Positions 55,513 to 64,000 of a stretch of DNA of 64,000 bases are shown in pieces. Made by a program: the position numbers and the translations under genes. The notes beneath the pieces are model-generated. The model searched no databases, had not been told where the DNA came from, and saw nothing but the letters and a program-made list of their open reading frames with translations. Each line of letters opens with the position of its first letter. Within the stretch, counting starts at the first letter, position 1. Origin of the DNA: Cyanophora paradoxa CCMP329 (lineage: Eukaryota; Plantae; Glaucophyta). The stretch spans positions 62,001-126,000 of the forward strand of contig QPMI01000625.1 of assembly GCA_004431415.1 (NCBI GenBank), read 5' to 3'.

Positions 55513-58500
55513 TTAGTTACAAGATCCGTGCTCCTGCGGAGCACTAAGTACGGCGAAGCCTCGCGGCCGCCCTCGCGGCTGTCACAGTTGGCTCGCTGGC
55601 TACCGTATATATAGCTGGGCCGCCGGGCTGGCCCGTACGCCAGAGCCTCGGACGGCGCTCGAGAGCTGGCCCGGCTCCGGACAAATATTCTAGAAATGCC
55701 AGGCAAAAACGTAGTTAAAAAAATCGGGAGGAAGCGCGGGAGATGAGCGGGGGCGACGATGAGCGCAGTCGAGATCAGGGAGTGCCTCTACATTTCCACT
55801 GCTACATATACATATACTTACATAGATATTCGCTCGAGTATGTTCCCTGGACTTTGTACGAGGTAGGCACCCACATATATTCGCTCGAGCGCGCTTTTGT
55901 GTCTCAAACTCAGCCCCGCCCAGTTGCATGGCCGGGCTTCAAAAGTTTCGCCGGCTTGGCACTGGGGCAATGGGCTGGCCCGCTATAGCCAGCTCGAGGG
56001 GGAGCTCGCTGGCCAGGGAGCAATGTAATGAGGAGAGCGAATATATAATGAACTGGGTTTGGTTGGTTCGATTGCGATTGCGATTTGGTTGGTTGGTTTG
56101 GTATAATGAATATATTTTATATTGCGCAATTGGGTTTGGTTCGACGCAAAGGGTTGCGAATATTCATGCTTGCTATATCTGCGCTAACTGAGGGCTAGCA
56201 AACTTGAATCTGCAAGGGCACGCTCGAAAGCTATTTACAAAGTTCGAGAGTATGAGCGGGCAGGCAGGTTGTATACACGACCAGGTCCCCTTCATGGCGC
56301 AACTCGTTCAGGGATCGGCGGGGAGAAACGGGGAGATCGGCGGGGGGCGGGGGCAGGGCGGGCGGGCGAGCTGACGAGGCTAGGGACGGTGGGAGACCTG
56401 AAGGGCGCCAGTCAGCGCGGAGCGCGGGCGGCGGGGGCGGCCCGGAAGGCTCACGGGGAAAACGACACGATGGAGGCGCCGGACGCCGGCCGCTTCGACT
56501 GACCAGCGCGGTGGCCTGCACAGAGATGGAGAGATCAGCGGGGGGCGGGAGGGGAGGGACGGCAAGCAAGCTGACGATGCTATTAACGATGGGTGGCCTG
56601 GAGGACGCCAGGCAGCGGGGGGTGGGTTGGACGAATATCTATCTAGGAACGCGGTGGTCATCGGCGGGCAGTCCGGCTGCATGTACATCCAGGTCCCGGT
56701 GATGGAGGGCGTTATTTTAGATCTGCACGAAAACACGTTAATTGCACTCATTATTGTAATAAACCATGTGCGTGAAGTAACGCACTCAACGCTTGTGTGC
56801 CGCCGCGGAAACCCGCTTCGGCATCGTGTCGACGAATCGCGTGTTCTTGAAATCGGCCTCCGCCTTCTCGAACTCGCGCTGGAACTGTTCGACTTGGCCC
56901 CAGTCGCCGGGCTCGCATTCCGTGGGGACGGCGTTGACGAGTCGCTGACCGTGCGGCGCGGTGCTGTCCTCGATCCAGCGCAGGTACTGGAGCTTGTGGC
57001 CCCACATTGTTGCGTGCATTGCCGGATCGTCTTGCCGGAGCCTCGCAAATTCTGCGCTCTCGGCCTTCTGGTCCTTGATGGCGGCTTGCAGGTCGGGGTT
57101 GACGTTTTGAATCACGTGCAGCAGCTCGTACCGTTGCAGGAGCGAGGCGTTCGCGATGAAGAAGTGCGCTCCCTCGCGCGGGCGGCTGAGCATGACGTAC
57201 AGCTGCTGTCGGTGTGTGTAGTCCCTGCTGTTCATGCCCCGCACGTCGGCGATGGCGCGCTTCAGGGTGTGCCCTTGAGCCTTGTAGACCGTCGTGCCGT
57301 AGGCGACGCGGAACGGCGGTCCTATCCTGACGTTGTGCGTGCCTCCTGCCCCGCCAGCGATTTCGTCCTCGTGGTCTGCGCAACGTGACTGTAGTCAATC
57401 TCGAGAGGGAAGCGCGTGTGCATTCACGATCGTGCTGACGAATGCAGCGGCTCACCAGCATTTCTGGGCTCGACGTTGATTTCGACGGCGTCGACGATTC
57501 GACCGTCGGGGAGCTGGCAGCGTTCCGTGATTGCACGCCGGCCGACGCGGTCATCGTGGAAGTAGATGTAGTACGTCATGGGGGGCATGAGGTGCGGATG
57601 CGGGAGCTGCTCCACCTTCGCCTCTATGCTCTGTTTCTTCTGCCTCGTCGCTGCCGCTGCGGCCCGTACAATGTTGTCCTTGCTGACCTTTGGCTTGCTC
57701 TTCTTCCGGTCCGAAGGTCCTGGCTCGGGCTCGGGTTCAGGTTCGGGTTCCGGCTCGGGCTTGGGGCACGGTCCGCAGTGTCGAGCTCGTGCTGGACGAG
57801 ATCCGGTGCAGCGTGTTCGAGCACGAGCGGCGTGTCCGGTGTGAACTCCGTCGCGTGCTGACTGATGTAGTCGGGCGTCTCCGTGTGGTCTCGCCATTTG
57901 TAACCGGCAAGCAGTCCGATGGCGCCGTTGACGAGGCCGTCGTCCGTGTCGCGGTTCTGTCTAAGCATGACCTTGATGCCCCCGTCACCATGACCTTGTG
58001 GGGATGCTTCCTTGCTCGTTCGTGCATGGGATCCTCTCGCCGTACGCGTCCACGCTCTCGCACTTCTTGATGTGCTCGCGCGGATGCGTGTCCTTGGCGA
58101 CGATCTTGAGGACAGGGTCGCGGTACTGGGCGTGGTGCCGTCGGATCATCGCGTCGTTGTGCTGCTCTGCGAGCTTGTTCGTGAGGAACATGTGGTACGC
58201 TTCGTCCCACGTGGGGTCTTGGTTCTTGGTCAGCGTGTTGTGGATGGCATTCTCGTTGTCGTCGCCGAGATCGTTGTTGAGGTCCAGGCACCGGCGGAGA
58301 AGGTAGTGGTAGACGTCGTCGACGTGGTCCGGATCCCCGTCTCGAAACCAGTTGAGGATTTGGCCAAGTTCTGGATCCGCCAGGTGCCGCATCGACGAGG
58401 GCAGGACGTGAGCCGTGAAGTAGCTGAGGAAGGTGTGCAGGTTTGGGGTGTGCCACTTGACGTCATTCTGCATCGTAATGTCCTTCCGTGCCGGCAACAA

Positions 58501-61500
58501 TGTCTCCCACAACGACTGCGACATGACCGGCGGCACCTGGGCCGCGTCCCCGTACGTGATGATTGCCAAGCCTCCGAATGGGTAGCGTTGCATCACCGGC
58601 GTCCTTCCGTCGGGTCCGACCTGGTACTGCGGAAGAGGTGGCGGTGCCAACCCAGTCTCCGGGTCGCCGACGGCTTCTCGTCCGCACATGGCGTCCTCCA
58701 GGGCCGTCTTGAACGAGTAGAAGATGTTCGTCCAGCAGGACATGATCTCGTCGATCTGCAGGACGTACGTCTTCTGCAGCTCGAGTCGCAGCTTGTCGAT
58801 TGTGAAGCTGCTGTGCTTGATCTGGTCGCGCTTGCCGGAGAGGTGCGTCTGGAGGTGGAAGCGGGTGTGCATGGTGCCCCACCTGCGTTGAAGCCTGCGG
58901 AACCGAACGGTGCTGCAACGGTGCAGCGGCCGTGAGGGAGGGCCTCCTGTCCCGCATCACCAACATTGTACTGGTTCGCAGCGTGTTCGATGCAGCGGAG
59001 TAGGACGGTCTTTCCGCACCCCGCTCCTCCTGTGACGAAGAAGCGCGGCCCCGCAGGCATGTACCAGCACTTGAGAATCTCCGGCACGTCTTGGCCGCCC
59101 TCCGCATCGCGCCTGTATCGCATAGCTCTTGCCTTCAGCGCTTCCGCTTTGCGTCTGAGCTGGAAGTATTTCACCATCTTGTCGTAGATTTCGCGTTGCT
59201 CGGGCTTCAGGTCGTCGGGCGACACGAGTGGAGCTCGGGATGACGGTGGGGCTGCCTGAACGGACGGTCCGCGGGTCCCCGCTTCAGCGGAGGGTGGAAT
59301 GACACCATGCGCTCGTAGGACCGCCTGTTCGGTTTCAACGGATGCAGGCTGAAACGATGGCGCGGGGAGTCCCGCTCCCAAGCTGCTCGCTGCGTTTCTG
59401 ATGGTGCCGGGCTCCGCGTGTTCCGTCACGATTGCGCCCGTCGCCGTCATGTTTGGAATGTCGGTGATCCGGCTGATGATCTCTTCCATGCGCACGCGGA
59501 TGTTGTCGCTTGCAGCCGAGGCGTGGCGCGTGATTGTTGCCTTCCGTGCTTTTGTCATCGCCGCCGCAAGGATGGCGTCGGTGACTTCCGCACGAGCCGG
59601 CATGTCGAGCAGGTCCGTCCACTCGTTGCGGAACGGGTGGTAGAAGAGGAGCGGCGCGTACTTGGCAACTTGGCCGGAGTGGACGTTGAACGGCATCACA
59701 ACTGGCATGGGTTGCCGTCGCATCCGTAGCTGTTTCTTGCCGCTCGCGGTGTTGAAGCACGGCGTGCACCTCTCTCCGTCCGGGATCACGAGCGGCGGCG
59801 TCTTCTGTAGCTGTCGCCACTCTTCGTCCGACAGAGCGTCTTCACGCAGCCATCGCTGCCAGAGCGGGTCCAATACCCACGTCTTGGCCTGCCGTGCCTT
59901 CTCCTCGCGGTGCTCGCGTTCGATCTGGCGCTGAGGGTACTCCGGGGCGTCTGAGTCAGGATGGTCGTCGTCGTCATCCTCGTCATCCTCCGGCTCGTCG
60001 CCACTGTGTTGCGAGTCGGTGTGATGCGATTCGGTTCGTCCTGTCTCCAACGTGGCTGGTGCCAAGGGAGACATGTCGATCTTGTCGCCTGGAATCCCGT
60101 CTTTCTTGGCGACGACAGCAAACCATTGCAGAAACTTGTACAGCGGCATCACGTTCCAGAAGTGGTCGTCAGGCCTCTCCATGTACCAGTCGATGTCGTT
60201 GTTGACGAATATTTTCGTCTCGCCAGGATTGCGGTTGCGGATCGGTCGCATGAAGCCGCGCTGGTACGAACGTCTTGTCCGCTTGTCCGGAGGGATGCAC
60301 GGTACGGTGCGGGCGTGAAACGACGAGTGCCAGATGGGGTAGTTGAGCATATGGAAAGCTGCCTCCGGCCTGCGAGTTCGCGGTGGGAGAGCGACTTCCG
60401 AATCGCTTTCGCCATCGCGCTCCGTAGGGTGCCTCCCTTCTCGGCCGCCTTTGCGAGCGCAGCGTATATGCTCTCCAATGCCTGCGGTTCGACCTGCGGG
60501 CGCACAATGAGTTTCAGTACGTTCTACGTCTGTCCAGGGACGCGTGAGCACGGCCGTACCTTCAGTGCGTACTTGAACATGTACGCTCCCATCGCTTCGA
60601 AGTCCGCGACGAGATCGAAGAAGAGGTTGGAGTGCGCAATGCGGGACAGCCACTCGTTGAACAGCGCCACAAACAAGTCTTCTACTGTGCGTCGCATCGG
60701 CACCAGTAGCCTGTCGCCCCGTTGCGCGTTCTTGAGTTCTGGCGTCGACCTGTGCGTTTGTATTCGTCAGGAATCGTTCCGGGGCACGTCATCGCAGAAC
60801 TTGAGCACGCACATGAGTCTCGCGTATCGGACGCGCGCCCTGGCAGTCCGAAGCGGCACCACTTCCTCGCCCTCCACCAGGCGTTGTTCAGCTTCTTGAC
60901 GAGGTCGGCAAGTTCCTGGGCGTCCTTGTCGGAAGCACCGTGGATGGGCTGGCATCCTTCGAGCAACGGGTTCGTGTACTCCTGAGTCGGCTTGAACTGC
61001 GCTGCAGCGGCGAAGAGCTCTTCGTGACGCTTGCGCGTGGAAGATGAATAGTGCTGTGCCTGCTTGGCCTTCGTCATGCGGCACGTGCCGCTGTGTCGGT
61101 GAATGTTGAACGTGAGGATGACCTTCCGGAGAAACGCGGTCGCCCAATCATGACGAAGGGCATCGGGCACGTGAAGGTTGTCCTCGACGGCTGGGTCGTC
61201 GGGCTTCGGAGGTCGAGGGATCTCCGCCTTGACGATGCTGTCAAAGAATTCGAGGTACTCTTTCATGTGCTGCTTCTCGCACGTGTCGTACATAGGCATG
61301 CCTTCGCACCAGCCGATGAGGTGCCCATGCAACGTCCGCCGCTGCTGCTCGCCGTGACGGATGAAATGACCTGTCATCTTGTAACCGCCGAACATCGCCC
61401 TCGCGCCTTCGGAGTACATCAGCTTGATCAACGCGTTCCAGCGCCGCTGATAGTGACGGACAACGATTCCGGACTCCGAGTTCAGGATCGTGTCCTTCTC

Positions 61501-64000
61501 GTTTGCGCTTAGCGCATCGATTGCGGCCTGGTTGTGGAACCTCTCGCGGTCGATGGCTCTGTACAGACTCGCGTCACCGTGATCGTTGAAGCTCATAGTG
61601 TACCATATCTGCGGCGGGCCGTACGTCTGTGCGGCAGCAATGAGCTGGCCGTGACCGGTCTCGAGATGCTGGTGCGATCCCGGCACCTGGAGATGGGCGC
61701 GTTACGCAATAATGTGCAAATTGTTGTCAAGGGTGTGCTGCGGACTCACCGCATTCAGCGTCGCGCGGACGAGGTGGCGCTTAACAAGTCTACGGTAACG
61801 CTGGGTCATCGACGGCGGTGGTGAGGTGGTCCATGACGTGCGCGGCCGTCACCGGGTGACCGGCCGCCTCCAACTTGTCGAGCTCGAGACTCTGAATTGC
61901 ACAGTTGCTCTTCTGGTAAGCCTTGAGGTTGAGATAATCCGTCGCCTGGACGAAGAAGAATCCGATGTCGGCGACAAGGGCGCGTGCCTTGTCGGACAGC
62001 AGGAACCACTTGTTGTACTTGCTGATCGACAGCGTACTTTGCGTTGATCGAGAGGGTCTGCAGGGTCGCCTATCCGTCCGTGCGGCCTGTGTTCAGAAAG
62101 GGTCAATGTCGGTCTGCACGAAATCACAAATCGACGGCGGTGCCGGTGCACTGTGCTCACCGTCTGGAAACGCAAATGGAAATGGGGCTGTGCAGTACTC
62201 TGCACCCTTGCTGAAATTTAAGTGGACGCGATCGAGGATTGGCAACGTGCGAGTACGTTCGGCAACATCTTCGCCGAACGCCGTGGCAACGTCGATGAGC
62301 CTGTGGTGATACTCGGACTGCACGACTGCGGGCGTCGCCGGCTGTTGAGGCATGTCGAATCCGGTGGGGTCGCTGTACACTGCGGCCTCTGTATCGACGT
62401 CGTGCGCCGTAGCACGTGCAAGCTGCACGAACTCGTCCACGTCCTTGTTGTTGATCTGCGCGAGCTTGTCGAGGTCGACGAGATCGGAGGGGCGCGTCTG
62501 GGCGCGTCCTCGGCTTCGTCCTCGGATCCGGTGTCGCGTGTCGACCTTGCTGTTGACGCGTCACGTGTCGGCCCGACCTCCGGCTCTGCTGTTGGCAGAG
62601 GAGGGCGTGCTGACATTGCGAGCTTCAAGGACGACTCCATGAATTGCTTCAACACGGGATCTCCTACGTCGGTCAACAGGCGACGGGCTCCGGAACTGGC
62701 GATTTCGTATCCAACGTCGTCGTGCACTTCGGGTTCTTCCGAAACTTCCGCCTCCTCGTCGCTGATTGCTGGCTCGGTTCCCGTCGCCGCGTGCGGTACC
62801 GCTGTCAGGTCCACCGACTCGCCGGTTCCGGGTACGTGGGGCTGGCGTCCGCGCTTGCGGGCGACTCGCGCGGTGCGGGGTGCGGTCGCGCAGCTCTTCC
62901 TCCGCAAGTTCTTGCTTCCACGTCGTCTCTTTGGCAGTGACCTCGTCCCAGTAGGCGTCGTCGAGCTTGTCGAATCCGCATTTCTGGTACCACTTGTTGC
63001 CGGCCGCGACGAGCAGCTTCATGACGCTTCTCACCTTGGAAGTGCTGAACTCCAGTAGTTCGTGAACCTGCGGTCGTGCCCGGGCGCCGTCGGTTTCTCC
63101 ATGTTCACGTACATCATCGCGTCTCGCGGCGCGAGGGGCTTCATCGATTCGACGAGCTCGGCGGGCTGCGAGTAAACCATGGTGACCTTCGGTGCGCGGC
63201 CTGCTGCCGACCGATGCGCGTGGTTGCGATGTTCACGAACGACACGGCCGGACTGCATACGACAGCCTCTGGAAACGTGAGGCCTGCTGCCTCCCTGGCG
63301 AGGTCTTCCGACGGCGGTGTCGGTGGATGCCGTTCTGTGCGGGGATGGTCAATGACCATACTGGAGACCGGTAGAGACACACTCGGACCTCTTTTGAAAG
63401 CCCGCAGATATCGACACCTTGCTCTGCGCGGTGTCTGTGGCACATTGCGCAGAGCAACGGTTTCCGCGGTTTTGACGTTCCGGTTTCCAGCTTGTGCATG
63501 TAATCCTCCGTCTCCTGAATGCGCCGTATCGCGGCGTCGTCGATCCCGTGGGGCTTCAATATGTTGAGGTGCGTCTCGGGTGGAGATCGTCGATGTAGTC
63601 CCGGACGCCGCAGCAATCACACGGCACCATCGGCTGGTACAGAGCTGCGGACAGCATTACTGGCGAAATGCACATAACCGAACTGAAATTCACATACTGT
63701 ACAGCATGTCGATGATAGCGTCCTTGAGCGCCTCAAGAAACTGCGGAAATTTACTCCGCTTTTTTGCGATTGCGTCAATTACGTCGTGCAGTAGCTCATT
63801 CGGGTGCTCGTAGTCGCTGATCCACGTGTTTACGCATTTCAGTTTGAACGCGAGAGAGCGTTCATTTTGGCCGAACGGATAGCTGCACGTCTGTCGCGAC
63901 CCGCATCACTGTGTAATGGTTTGGTATTCTTCTCGTCCTGGTATCGCCGCGCACGACGATCATGTTCTTGTGACCGTTGGCCGTGTGTATGCTTTGCACG
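55513..64000 (-). mobile_element. Helitron-type rolling-circle transposon, 5' part beyond the window; left boundary tentative
   Basis: RepHel coding region plus a candidate 3' terminus on the minus strand: hairpin GTGCTCC-GCA-GGAGCAC (55544-55528), 11 nt, then CTAA followed by T. Confidence 0.7.
56786..64000 (-). CDS. Helitron Rep (HUH) plus Pif1-like SF1 helicase, with at least one intron and several frameshifts
   Basis: Rep: YGPPQIWYTMSFND, FIRHGEQQRRTLHGHLIGW, GAYMFKYALK. Helicase: FFVTGGAGCGKT, LQIDEI, FGGLAIITYGDAAQVPPV, LPSSMRH, VMLRQNRDTDDGLVNGAIG, VAYGTTVYKAQGHTL, QLYVMLSR. Upstream CDCC and CAMC Cys pairs. Confidence 0.88.

Noticed and set aside
56786-64000. Stop-codon recoding as the reason for the broken Helitron ORF
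   Set aside because: The breaks I examined change frame or match a GT-AG intron, and host genes use all three standard stops

Overview
GC-rich eukaryotic nuclear DNA with many short (~50-60 nt) spliceosomal introns, several with GC donors. The style fits a GC-rich alga or protist such as a glaucophyte (inference; organism not identified). Host genes: C2-like protein, a ~10 kb PH-NACHT-pentapeptide-WD40 NLR-like gene, a PMCA-type Ca2+-ATPase, cyclin L head-to-head with eIF2-gamma (whose introns hold five box C/D snoRNAs), a multipass membrane protein, a BTB-DUSP protein, RPS4 and ARL8. Mobile or accessory DNA: a frameshifted L1/Tx1-like LINE, an intron-containing Helitron-type Rep-helicase running off the right end, a cluster of spliced genes for a giant-virus-like PD-(D/E)XK nuclease, USP/DUSP fragments, several non-autonomous repeat families and a TA-microsatellite-associated element pair. 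The strongest unexplained signal is a degenerate 33-34 nt TTAGGG(G)-containing unit (TTAGGGGTTGGACGTCTTTGATCTGCGATTACGA). It marks many insertion junctions, flanks the LINE on both sides, and sits beside short re-copied pieces of nearby genes. All exon structures were read by eye and coordinates of degenerate features are approximate.
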